NCBI GenBank assembly: GCA_963664815.2 | Contig: CAXXHB010000003.1 | Coordinates: forward strand, 2,400,001 to 2,464,000 | Length of the DNA: 64,000 bases | Direction of reading: 5' to 3' | Source of the DNA: Spirochaetota bacterium | GTDB lineage: Bacteria > Spirochaetota > UBA4802 > UBA5550 | In this document: positions 27,657 to 37,650 of the stretch, piece by piece | How positions within the stretch are numbered: the first letter of the stretch is position 1 | How the letters are laid out: every line of letters starts with the position of its first letter | The notes under the pieces: model-generated | The model's input: only the letters and a program-made list of their open reading frames with translations | The model's database searches: none | What the model was told of the DNA's origin: nothing | Translations under genes and position numbers: made by a program

Positions 27657-29984
27657 CTACCCTTTTATTTCAAGACGATGGCTATACGCATTATGAACAG
27701 TAAAACCTCCGGAGCCTGCCGAATACTCAACCCAGTATGTAACCTTCACAGGCTGAAAATAAGCAATATAATGACCGTTCTCTTTGTTCTTCAGTTTATT
27801 CCCGGTTTTTTCCGCATATGAAACTACGGACAGGATATCCGAATCGAGTATCATCCGATCTTCAATTATCCGCCGTGTTTCATCAGGTATAATCAGTTTA
27901 ACTTCATTTATTTCATCCTCAACATGCTCATTCCATAATTCACGTAATACCATTTTTTTCAGTTTTGATCTGTTTTCCTGGCGTTTGGAATAACCCGGGC
28001 TCTCTTTCATTGCAGATTCATCACCGCAATTGTCAAAAATCAGGTCCAGAATATGAAATGACCTTTTACCATGATTCGCAAAATTATCGCGGCACATGGC
28101 ACAGTATGAAACATAATCATAATCACTTTCCTGTATCCTTTTATTTATTACCATGTCCGCCACCTCCCTGTTTGCATAAATCATCAATCCGCCATAGCTG
28201 CAGCAGACAGTACGATCGCAATTGCCCGGCAGTTCCTCAACATGGTGTCCTTTCCTGGTAATAATATTGCGTATACTTCTGTGTATTTCATTTTCAAATC
28301 TCGTAGTACAACTGTCATGTACTGCCAGTTTCATTTTCTCTGCTGCCGTTACTTCAGAACCCGGAAGTCCGATACGGTCAAGAACAGTCCATACTGTCTC
28401 CACCCTGATATCCCTGATGCCATTTTTAAGCATATAATAGCATGAGGGACATGCGGTAATTACAGCAGGTTTTCCGGAATTATTCCACTCATTTTCAAAC
28501 GACATCAATGTATCGGAAAACAGTTTTTCATCACCGGCCCATCCGGCCGGCGCTCCGCAGCAGCCGAGCATTAATCCAACACCCCCCTCTATTTTCCCGC
28601 AGAGGTACTGATATAGTTTTTTCACATAAACAGGGTATGAAGCGGAAAGCTGACACCCAGGGAAAAAAACTGTTTTACCTGAATTAGTACCGGGCTGATA
28701 TCTGTTAAGCTTAAATTCTTCACTGTTGCTGAAATGCATATCCCGCAGTGCAAAATCATGTGTTGACGGCGGCATTTTATTTTTGGCAACCATCATCTTT
28801 CTCGCTTCTGCACAGATTTCCCCCATATTAAGCCTGTTCGGGCAGACTTCCGCGCAGAGACCGCATAAACTGCAGGAATTTATCATTTTATTGGAGCGGT
28901 GTATACCCATGACAATAGACAGGTTGTTATATATTTCACGCACGTACCTTTTTGGATAGGACTTATAATAAGCAAGATATTCACACACCTTGACACACTC
29001 AAGGCATTCACACAAAAGACATCGTCCGGATTCATCAATTCCCTCATCGATTGTATAGCCTGCAGTCTTATCTGACATCTTTGTAACCGGCCTGCTCACC
29101 ACACCCTCAATATTTGTAAAAAGCTCCGACTCGTAAGAGCCTTCCCTGCTCCTGTTTGCAGTCAGTGATGCATTCTGCAGAAAACGGTCAATGGAATTGG
29201 CCGCAATTTTACCATCAGATATAGAATTTACAGCTGACCATTTTTCTTTTTCATTACGCAGGCTTCCCCCTGCAAAAACATTAGGAACAACAGTTGAGAG
29301 AGTCTGAGAATCTATAATAACGCTTTCTTTTATACCAGTACCAAAGATATAATCCAAACCTTTGCTGTCTTTATTTCCTGTCCCGACATAGACGGCATCA
29401 TATTCTTTGTACAGATCTTCAAAAGATATATCAGAATTATTGCCGACTTTTTTATTATAATTTATCGATACAGGCAGTGTATCAAAAACAGATAAATCAT
29501 TTTCTATTAAGTGTTCCGGAAGAATCTCTTCCGGAAAATCTCTGGTTCTACCCCCGATCTTTCCGGAGGCCTCATATACTGTAACAGAAAAACCTTTCTG
29601 AACGAGTTCCATTGCAACCGTAAGCCCGCTGAGGCCGGCTCCTACAACAGCAACTTTTTTTTCTTTTAATGGCGGAGTGATAATCTTTGGAGCAGGTTTT
29701 GTATTATGTTCAACGCAGATTTTTTCAAGTGCCCTGATTGATATAGATTCATCAATTTTTTTCCTGATGCAGTAATCACGGCATGGTTGACTGCATATCC
29801 GGCTTATAATTCCGGGGAAAGGAACCGCCTTTCGTAATATGGAAAATCCATCCGGGAATTCGTTTCTCTGAACAGAGGTAATCATTTTTCTTACATCAAC
29901 ATGTAAAGGACACCCTGAAGTGCAGCCGGGCGGATTTTCCTGTATACACCTGTTTTCCTGTTCGTGCAGCTGATCCTGGTCCAT
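27657..29984 (-). CDS. GltD-like Fe-S/flavin module + 4Fe-4S dicluster + CCG-domain oxidoreductase
   Basis: C-x4-PPGC-x3-CP, VGAGLSG Rossmann, CLLCECLECVKVC, CSLCGLCAEVCP, FFPGC, CCG, HDSC, CCSYGG, YCAMC. Confidence 0.88.
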   Translation of the reverse strand: MDQDQLHEQENRCIQENPPGCTSGCPLHVDVRKMITSVQRNEFPDGFSILRKAVPFPGIISRICSQPCRDYCIRKKIDESISIRALEKICVEHNTKPAPKIITPPLKEKKVAVVGAGLSGLTVAMELVQKGFSVTVYEASGKIGGRTRDFPEEILPEHLIENDLSVFDTLPVSINYNKKVGNNSDISFEDLYKEYDAVYVGTGNKDSKGLDYIFGTGIKESVIIDSQTLSTVVPNVFAGGSLRNEKEKWSAVNSISDGKIAANSIDRFLQNASLTANRSREGSYESELFTNIEGVVSRPVTKMSDKTAGYTIDEGIDESGRCLLCECLECVKVCEYLAYYKSYPKRYVREIYNNLSIVMGIHRSNKMINSCSLCGLCAEVCPNRLNMGEICAEARKMMVAKNKMPPSTHDFALRDMHFSNSEEFKLNRYQPGTNSGKTVFFPGCQLSASYPVYVKKLYQYLCGKIEGGVGLMLGCCGAPAGWAGDEKLFSDTLMSFENEWNNSGKPAVITACPSCYYMLKNGIRDIRVETVWTVLDRIGLPGSEVTAAEKMKLAVHDSCTTRFENEIHRSIRNIITRKGHHVEELPGNCDRTVCCSYGGLMIYANREVADMVINKRIQESDYDYVSYCAMCRDNFANHGKRSFHILDLIFDNCGDESAMKESPGYSKRQENRSKLKKMVLRELWNEHVEDEINEVKLIIPDETRRIIEDRMILDSDILSVVSYAEKTGNKLKNKENGHYIAYFQPVKVTYWVEYSAGSGGFTVHNAYSHRLEIKG

Positions 29985-30326
29985 TCTATTCCCTCTATTG
30001 TTAGATTTACCCGGGAATTCTCATTAAAAAATATTTTATAATCATGAATCATGTCATCTGTCAATCGCATATCTGAAATAAAGATTAATATTATTATACC
30101 ATCTTTATGCTGAATCTCAATTTAATATAAATATTTCTCAATAGCCTGCGTAATATTCTGAAATCTGTCATTGCCATAACCGATATCGATCTGACGTTCT
30201 TTTCAGGAAAAGGTTCACTATATTTATATATTTCCCATACCATATAACAGATACTTCAATCTCTGACAGTTGTTTGCAATAACATACTGCATAATATTTC
30301 AAATGCAGAATACTTCAAATAGTCCC

Positions 30327-30363
30327 GAAACGGGCTGTTGGTTAAATACCTCCAGCCCGTTTC
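30327..30363. terminator. stem-loop downstream of mop
   Basis: 11-bp stem GAAACGGGCTG/CAGCCCGTTTC, 30 nt after the mop stop. Confidence 0.6.
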
Positions 30364-30392
30364 AGGTTATTCAGCTTAATATTTTCATGCTT

Positions 30393-33122
30393 TTACTTCT
30401 TTTTTTTACTCAACCCCGCTTTAATCTTTTCAGGAAGAGCAGGTACTGCATAAATACGTACTCCGCATGCATTATATATCGCATTTAGAATTGCAGGATG
30501 CGGAGCTGTCAACGGAGCTTCACCAACTCCTGCTGCACCATGTGGCCCCAGAGGACGTGGTGATATGTTGTATAATATCTCCATGTCATCCGGTATATCC
30601 TGAATGTACGGCAAACCGCAGGCTGCGAGTGTTGTATGTTTTTTCAGATCTTCAAAGTCCTCCGTAAGGGCAAGACCTATCCCCTGAGCAAGGCCTCCGT
30701 AAATCTGTCCGTCTGTTACAAGCTGGTTTGTAATTGTTCCGATATCCGCTATAGTTGTAAATTTGACGACTTTAGCCTTGCCGGTTTTCATATCAACTTC
30801 AACTTCAGGCATAAATAACTCATACATATATACAGGGAAAGGATTCCCCTGTCCGGTAACGCTGTCGCATGCGGAACAATCCGATGCTGTCCAGGTCCCG
30901 TCATAATGCAACGGAATTTTTTCAGCCACCATTTCATCGTATGTGCGGTATTTGCCGTTCTTTTTCTTCATGGCATTCAGCAGCATCTCACACGAGACCC
31001 TGATTGAATTTCCGGTGAAGGTATTATTGCGGCTTCCGCCCGAAGGACCGCTGTTTGGCGTAAGGGCAGTATCATTCATTAACAGTTTTATCTGTTCAGG
31101 TTTAAATCCTGCCGGACGCAGAGTTTCATGAGCGTGTGCAAATGCGCCCATATCCGCCCCCTGACCATGATCTTCCCAAGAACTTCCGACCAGAACTCCG
31201 TCCTTTGTAAGTTCAACCCAGGCCTGTGAACTGTCAGGGCCGTCAAGGCCGCAGCCATATATACCGAGTGACAGACCCACTCCCCGTTTTATATCGTCAG
31301 TGGAATCATCTTCACAGCGTTTCTTTGCCTTCTTCCATAGCGGCCGCAGTTTATTGAACATCTCCTCTAGACAGAAAACTTCCGGAGTCTGTCCCGTTGG
31401 AGTTGTTGCTCCCGGTCTGTAGATATTCTTGAACCTCAGTTCAAGCGGATCCATTCCGAGTTTTTCAGCAAGTTCATCCATTGCAATTTCCGACGCAAGG
31501 AATGCCTGAGGCGAACCGTATGCCCTGAATGCCGAACCCCATGCATGGTTTGTACACACCGTACGGCCCCTTCCGCGGATATTAGGAATATCATATCCCG
31601 CTCCGAGAAACTGCGCCTGTCTGACAGTGAGCAGATCCCCGAATTCCGAATACGGCCCATGGTCAATAAACCAGTCACCTTCCATCGCAAGGAGTTTTCC
31701 TGTTTTATCCGCTGCCATTTTGCAGTTTACAAATCCAGGCGATCGTTTCCCGGTGTAGGTTATCTGCTGAAACATATCAAATACAAGCGAAACGGGTTTC
31801 CCTGTTGCCATACATGCAACTCCAAGCAGAGCTTCTATAGTAGGGCTGAACTTATACCCGAAAGTCCCTCCCGTAGGATTCTGTATAAGGCGTAGTTTCT
31901 CAGGTTCAATTCCTAATCCGGGACATATCATTGCATGATGAAGGTGTATTCCTATACTCTTTGAATGAATTGTCAAACGCCCCTCATCATCAAAATAAGC
32001 GTTTCCGCAATCAGGCTCAAGTACAAGGTGAGGTTGACGGCTGCAATAGGTATTTACCTCTGCAGTTACAACATCAGACTTACTCATTATAGGTTTGGTT
32101 TCACTCCCCTTAACAACTCCCTGTTCATAATAAATGTTCGGAGTACCGGGATGAATTTCAATAGCATCATCTGCCATTGCCGCCGGAGCACTCATATATG
32201 CCGGAAGAACTTCCAGATCAACCTTCACCTTTTTAACCGCTTCCTGTGCATGTTCAACAGTATCTGCACATACTATCGCAATGGCGTCACCAAACTGGAA
32301 TACTTTTTTGTCACACAGTATCGGACGATCCCAGCCATCACCCTTGTTTGTAGGAAAAGTAATAAGGCCAGTTATACGGTTTTTACCCTTAACATCCTTA
32401 TGTGTTACTACTTTATAAACTCCCGGCATCTTTTCAGCTTCGGATGTATCAATATTTTTAATATTTGCGTGTGAAACCTCCGCCTGTACAAGAGCAAGCC
32501 GCAGAGTATCCGGAGGCATCTGCAGCGCAATATCTGCCCCGAAGTCCCATGTCCCGGTTACCTTCTGCAACGCCGAAGGACGGTGGTATGTTGTTCCGTA
32601 GATTTTATTACCTGTGGGTTTAAACAGCAGATCCTCCTTCTTCATTTTGCCGCGCATAACCTTGCTTGCCGCCATAACAGCGTCGATAATCGGCTTATAG
32701 CCGGTACATCGGCAGGCATTCCTGTTCTTCTGAAACCAATCACGTGCTTCCTCACGTTTCGGATTCGGGTTTTTATCAAGAAGAACCTTTGCAGAAAGAA
32801 TAAATCCGGGACTGCAGAAACCGCACTGAGCACAGCCATAGGCCATCCATGCTACCTGGAGTGGATGCAGATTATCCGGAGTGCCAAGACCCTCAATCGT
32901 TGTGATTTTAGCATTATCCGCAACTTTTTTCATTTTCACAATGCATGAACGGACTAATTCACCATTCAGGATAATCGAACATGTACCGCACTGACCCTGG
33001 TTGCAGCTTACTTTACATCCCGTCAGCATCATCTGTTCCCTTAAAACACCGGCGAGACTTGCATCAGGATCAACAATTAATGTTCTGTCCAGCCCATTAA
33101 TATTTAACACTTTCTTCAGCAT
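30393..33122 (-). CDS. mop: molybdopterin-dependent aldehyde oxidoreductase (Desulfovibrio Mop type)
   Basis: 909 aa; 2Fe-2S motifs C-x4-CGTC and QCGFC...CRCTGY, GGTFGYK, AFRAYGSPQ, SGGSR, GVGEAP (catalytic Glu); no FAD domain. Confidence 0.96.
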   Translation of the reverse strand: MLKKVLNINGLDRTLIVDPDASLAGVLREQMMLTGCKVSCNQGQCGTCSIILNGELVRSCIVKMKKVADNAKITTIEGLGTPDNLHPLQVAWMAYGCAQCGFCSPGFILSAKVLLDKNPNPKREEARDWFQKNRNACRCTGYKPIIDAVMAASKVMRGKMKKEDLLFKPTGNKIYGTTYHRPSALQKVTGTWDFGADIALQMPPDTLRLALVQAEVSHANIKNIDTSEAEKMPGVYKVVTHKDVKGKNRITGLITFPTNKGDGWDRPILCDKKVFQFGDAIAIVCADTVEHAQEAVKKVKVDLEVLPAYMSAPAAMADDAIEIHPGTPNIYYEQGVVKGSETKPIMSKSDVVTAEVNTYCSRQPHLVLEPDCGNAYFDDEGRLTIHSKSIGIHLHHAMICPGLGIEPEKLRLIQNPTGGTFGYKFSPTIEALLGVACMATGKPVSLVFDMFQQITYTGKRSPGFVNCKMAADKTGKLLAMEGDWFIDHGPYSEFGDLLTVRQAQFLGAGYDIPNIRGRGRTVCTNHAWGSAFRAYGSPQAFLASEIAMDELAEKLGMDPLELRFKNIYRPGATTPTGQTPEVFCLEEMFNKLRPLWKKAKKRCEDDSTDDIKRGVGLSLGIYGCGLDGPDSSQAWVELTKDGVLVGSSWEDHGQGADMGAFAHAHETLRPAGFKPEQIKLLMNDTALTPNSGPSGGSRNNTFTGNSIRVSCEMLLNAMKKKNGKYRTYDEMVAEKIPLHYDGTWTASDCSACDSVTGQGNPFPVYMYELFMPEVEVDMKTGKAKVVKFTTIADIGTITNQLVTDGQIYGGLAQGIGLALTEDFEDLKKHTTLAACGLPYIQDIPDDMEILYNISPRPLGPHGAAGVGEAPLTAPHPAILNAIYNACGVRIYAVPALPEKIKAGLSKKKK

Positions 33123-33250
33123 CTCTTTAACACCTCCATTAAGATTTTATAATATTAAACAATAATAATTCCATGAGTCCGGCATTATCGTTATAATCAG
33201 CAACTGCTTTTAAAAATAAAATTCGCTTTCATCAGAGAGGCCGTTCACAT

Positions 33251-34276
33251 TTAACTGCTTTTACCGAATGAGCAGTTTGGAAAATGACATACAGAACATC
33301 CGGTACACATTCCTCCATGCGCCAGACGGAGTATATCCCGTCTCTTGACCTCCTCACCCGCAAGAATGCGCGGAACGACAAGATCAAATATTGTGTTTTT
33401 GCTGTACATTACACAACCGGGGAGTCCAAGAACCGGAATATCATCAATGTATGCCAGCATAAACATTGAACCGGGAAGGACAGGAGCTCCGTAAATAACC
33501 ACACGTCCCCCGGCAGACCTTATACCTGACGGGGTAAGATCATCAGGGTCAACTGACATTCCCCCTGTTGCCGTAATCAGATCCGCACCGTCGTCAATCA
33601 GTGTTTTAATTGCATTTGTTATCATTTCCAGATCATCTGTAACATAAATCTGGCGAATAACCTCACTTCCAAGATCACTGAATTTCTTTTTTATCACCGG
33701 ACCAAACTGATCTTTAATCCTTCCATGATATACCTCACTGCCGGTTGTAACGACACCTACTCTGTGCGGTTTCAATGGTTTTATTTCTATTAGGGGCTGG
33801 TACTCTTTACACAACTGCTCTGCTTTTTCAATTTTCGAGGACTCAATAACAAGCGGCACGACCCTGCAGCCTGCAACTTTACTTCCTGCAGGTACAATCT
33901 GGTTTGTATGAATTGTAGCAAAGACAACCTGGTCAATGTCATTCACCAGATCAAGAAGGTTAACGTTAATTTTAAGCAGCCCGGTATATTCCGCGAGAAG
34001 ATCAACCTTACCCTCTTCCGGGCCATTCATAATTACTCCTCTGCCTTTAGCGGCTTTCGCCAGCCTCAGAGCAGCATCATCTTCATGAAGCATCTGTTTA
34101 TTAATCTCCCATACATACAGGTGCTCCTTCCCGAGATTCAGCAGTTTCGGTATATCATCTTTTGTAACAACATGACCTTTTTTAAATGCACGCCCTTTAA
34201 AACTTCCGGGCGTTATTTCTGTTATGTCATGACATAGAACCATACCTTCGGATTGTTCGATTGATACAATTTTCAT
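33251..34276 (-). CDS. molybdopterin-binding (MoeA/MogA-like) protein with C-terminal Cys cluster
   Basis: HDIT...AFKKGH, TTGSEV, TGGMSVDPDDLTP, YGAPVLPG, GLPGC, C-terminal CTGCSVCHFPNC. Confidence 0.88.
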   Translation of the reverse strand: MKIVSIEQSEGMVLCHDITEITPGSFKGRAFKKGHVVTKDDIPKLLNLGKEHLYVWEINKQMLHEDDAALRLAKAAKGRGVIMNGPEEGKVDLLAEYTGLLKINVNLLDLVNDIDQVVFATIHTNQIVPAGSKVAGCRVVPLVIESSKIEKAEQLCKEYQPLIEIKPLKPHRVGVVTTGSEVYHGRIKDQFGPVIKKKFSDLGSEVIRQIYVTDDLEMITNAIKTLIDDGADLITATGGMSVDPDDLTPSGIRSAGGRVVIYGAPVLPGSMFMLAYIDDIPVLGLPGCVMYSKNTIFDLVVPRILAGEEVKRRDILRLAHGGMCTGCSVCHFPNCSFGKSS

Positions 34277-34497
34277 CCGGATACCACCATATCAAAGCAT
34301 TAATCTTCAATTAATATACCAATTATGACATATATAAGTTTACAATACATTATGATTGAGCTGAAATCTAATCGAAACTTAAATAATTTAGTCATTATTA
34401 AAAAAAAATGAATTTTTTCACTTTTTATTTATGTTATTTTTAACACATACAAAAAATTGTTGTTTTTTTTTTAAGTCACTATTAAACATTTGTAAAT

Positions 34498-35349
34498 ATG
34501 GACAGATTTGATAGAAACATTGAATTATGTGATGGTCTTGAGACTGATTTTATCAAAGTTCTATACTATGAATTTCCGGACTATTACAGAGACAATTACA
34601 GATCCTATGAGTACTACAGAGTATGTACAATACTTGAAGGGAGTAAATTTGTTGAAATCGACAATGCGGAAAGTTTTGTCTACGATACAAGCCAGTTTAT
34701 AGTTCTTCCCCCCGAATCAACAGTTATGATGGAGATAGCAAATCCGACAAAGGCACTTGTACTTGAAATAAGCGACAAACTTATTGAAGAGATAAATAAC
34801 AAAGTTTGCCTGGATCTTGAGATAGACTGTAATCCCCTTAATGATAACGATCAGCATATATTCAGGGCAGATTCGGTACTGATTAAAAATGACATCAGCC
34901 GGATTACATCCATGGCTCTGGGATCATTAAACAACAGGGAATTTCTTATAGACCTGTATGTGCAGGAAATGACGTACAAGCTTCTGAATTCAATGGGAAA
35001 CAACATCATTCTCCATGGAAGATCAGAAAATCCGATTGTAAAAGCAATTGATATTATGAAAGAGAGTATAGAAAAAGATATTGATATATCCGGAATTGCA
35101 AAGTCATTACGTATGTCACCCGCTCTCTTTTCAATGAAGTTTAAAAAAATAACAGGTCTGTCTCCTAATACTTACTATACCAGTATAAAGCTTAACGAAG
35201 CCAGAAAAATGCTTAAACGAAAATCAGTAACAGAAGTTTCACTGGACCTGGGCTATGATAACATATCTCATTTCATCAGGCTTTTTTCAGATAAATTCGG
35301 AGTTACACCCAAACAATACCAGATGCATCTGCAAAGCAGGAGTGAATAA
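34498..35349 (+). CDS. AraC family regulator, divergent from the Mop cluster
   Basis: N-terminal cupin-like domain (CTILEGSK), C-terminal double HTH (FKKITGLSP, SVTEVS-x2-LGY...FIRLF...FGVTP). Confidence 0.92.
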   Translation: MDRFDRNIELCDGLETDFIKVLYYEFPDYYRDNYRSYEYYRVCTILEGSKFVEIDNAESFVYDTSQFIVLPPESTVMMEIANPTKALVLEISDKLIEEINNKVCLDLEIDCNPLNDNDQHIFRADSVLIKNDISRITSMALGSLNNREFLIDLYVQEMTYKLLNSMGNNIILHGRSENPIVKAIDIMKESIEKDIDISGIAKSLRMSPALFSMKFKKITGLSPNTYYTSIKLNEARKMLKRKSVTEVSLDLGYDNISHFIRLFSDKFGVTPKQYQMHLQSRSE

Positions 35350-35527
35350 CAGCAGACTTCAGCTAAAGCAGTTCTAAACGACAGTATTCCCGCAGATTTA
35401 TTCCGCGAATTGCATAATTATTTTTACCACCATCTGCATTCCTCAATGGAAAAATATTGACACTGGTAAGCAGTCTTCTTATCTGTATAATAATAAATGT
35501 ATATGTTTATATTAATCGGGGGATATT

Positions 35528-36433
35528 ATGCCGGATTCCAGGAACTCGCTTACTTCTATATTTCTTGCGCTTGGAGCAAACTTTCTTATTGCGGCTGCAA
35601 AATTCATTGCTGCGTTAATAACCGGGTCAGGTGCAATGCTCGCAGAGGCTGTTCACTCCTCTGCAGATTGCGGCAATCAGCTGCTGCTTATTATCGGTTT
35701 AAAACGATCTAAAAGAGAGGCCGACGATGATCATCCACTTGGCTACGGGATGCTGATCTATTTCTGGTCATTTATTGTTGCCATCATACTCTTTTCTCTC
35801 GGAGGACTCTTCTCCCTTTTTGAAGGTATCGAAAAATTTCATAATCCTCATTCAGTTGATTCCCCGATAGTTGCTCTTTCAGTACTTGGCATCAGCATTA
35901 TTCTTGAATCAATTTCTCTTTTCGGCTGTCTCAGGCAGGTGAATACTACACGGGGTGATCAGTCAATCTTTACATGGTTCCGTGAAAGCCGCCAGAGCGA
36001 GCTTCTTGTTGTTTTCGGCGAGGATATTGCAGCGTTGTTTGGTCTGACTGTTGCAATAATATCAGTTACACTTACTGTTATCACAGGAAATGCTCTCTTT
36101 GATGCAGCCGGGACTGTTATTATCGGTATTATTCTCATTACTGTAGCCATATGCGTCGGATATGAGGTGATCAATCTTCTTATAGGTCAGAGCGCAGATC
36201 TGGCAACACGCAGTGCAATCAGTAATTTTCTTGCAGAAAGAGAGGAGATTAAGCGCCTGATAAATATTATTACACTTCAGATGGGGCCACAAATTCTGGT
36301 GTCAGTTAAAGCTGAAATGCGCACTGCAAAAACGGCGGAAGCAATGGTACAGGATATCAACCGTTGTGAAAAGGCTATGAAAGAAAAATTCCCAAAAGTA
36401 CGATGGTCATTCTTTGAACCTGATATAAAATGA
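35528..36433 (+). CDS. cation diffusion facilitator transporter (ZnT9-like)
   Basis: AEAVHSSAD, HPLGYG, EDIAAL, C-terminal FEPD. Confidence 0.9.
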   Translation: MPDSRNSLTSIFLALGANFLIAAAKFIAALITGSGAMLAEAVHSSADCGNQLLLIIGLKRSKREADDDHPLGYGMLIYFWSFIVAIILFSLGGLFSLFEGIEKFHNPHSVDSPIVALSVLGISIILESISLFGCLRQVNTTRGDQSIFTWFRESRQSELLVVFGEDIAALFGLTVAIISVTLTVITGNALFDAAGTVIIGIILITVAICVGYEVINLLIGQSADLATRSAISNFLAEREEIKRLINIITLQMGPQILVSVKAEMRTAKTAEAMVQDINRCEKAMKEKFPKVRWSFFEPDIK

Positions 36434-36653
36434 CACAGAAATAATCGGATTTCTGATGTGTAAATTTTATTATAATTATTTGACAGATTACCCTTTTATA
36501 ATTACATATATTCCATATTAATTAAAAAACCATTGTTTATCTCTTAACATCCGGTATTTTGTATAAACTCTTCATTCATACAGGCTTTATGATGTTTAAT
36601 AAAGCAATACCGGTCTATAATGGTTAAAAATCATTTAACACAGGAGGGATTAT

Positions 36654-37550
36654 ATGTCCTACATTTTCTTAATAGTACTTGCAGCCGTTTTTATCTTTCT
36701 GATTGTTCCGAATGTCCGTATTGTCAGCCAGAACACGGTTCAGGTTATAGAATTTCTCGGCAAATTCAGCAGAGTAATGCATGCGGGTCTCAATATAAAG
36801 GTTCCGCTGCTTGAATCTGTGCGCGAAGTTGTATCAATGAGGCAGCAGAACTTCAGTATTGAAGGCAAGTATCCCTCCAAGGATAAGGTAATTGTTGATG
36901 TCAACACAAACCTGATCTACAGGGTGAATGATGCTCCTGATGGTATAAAAAGATACACATATGCACTGGAGAACAGGGCAGCCTCCGTTGGAGCGATAAT
37001 TGAAAACTCCCTGAGGACATATATAGCCAAAGAGACGCATGAAGGTATATTGGAGAAAAAAGAGGAGCTGGCGCTTCATATACGTACCGATCTTGAAAAA
37101 CAGTACGAGGAATGGGGAATGCTTATAAGCAGTTTCCAGATAACAAATGTAAGTTTCCCGACAACAATCACCGATGCAATGTCCGAGGTAGTTGCTTCCG
37201 AACAGTTAAGGAAAGCTGCGGAAAACAAAGGTGAAGCTGTTAAAATTCAGGCCATAAAGGAAGCTGAGGCTGAAAGGGAACGCAAACGTCTGCAGGGAGA
37301 AGGTATAGCTCTTGAAAGGGAAGCTATAGCGCGGGGACTTCAGAAATCAGTTGAGATTGTTCAGAAAGCTACAGGTGGAACATCTCAGGAAATTCTTTCA
37401 ATCCTTACACTTACACAATACCTGGATACATTGAAAGGAATCGGAATGTCGCAGAATTCAAAGGTGCTGTTTATTGACAGCAGTATTCAGAAAAACACAG
37501 ATCTTATGCAGCAGCTTATGGCAGCTTTTGATACAAGTGTAAAGAAATAA
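36654..37550 (+). CDS. SPFH/band 7 family membrane protein
   Basis: N-terminal TM, VIEFLGKF...GL, SKDKV, AE-rich coiled coil, QYLDTL. Confidence 0.9.
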   Translation: MSYIFLIVLAAVFIFLIVPNVRIVSQNTVQVIEFLGKFSRVMHAGLNIKVPLLESVREVVSMRQQNFSIEGKYPSKDKVIVDVNTNLIYRVNDAPDGIKRYTYALENRAASVGAIIENSLRTYIAKETHEGILEKKEELALHIRTDLEKQYEEWGMLISSFQITNVSFPTTITDAMSEVVASEQLRKAAENKGEAVKIQAIKEAEAERERKRLQGEGIALEREAIARGLQKSVEIVQKATGGTSQEILSILTLTQYLDTLKGIGMSQNSKVLFIDSSIQKNTDLMQQLMAAFDTSVKK

Positions 37551-37607
37551 TATTTTTTATTTAAAACATTTATTCCTTAAACTGATTATTGTTTGAAAAA
37601 CATTTAC

Positions 37608-37635
37608 TGATGCCCGATACTTCTGGCGGGCATCA
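37608..37635. terminator. hairpin between convergent SPFH and MATE genes
   Basis: 9-bp stem TGATGCCCG/CGGGCATCA. Confidence 0.55.
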
Positions 37636-37650
37636 AAACACTTTTATATC

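Noticed and set aside
29985-34497. Moco/Wco riboswitch in the intergenic gaps of the Mop cluster
   Set aside because: The gaps are AT-rich with no recognisable consensus; the divergent AraC gene is a simpler explanation for control
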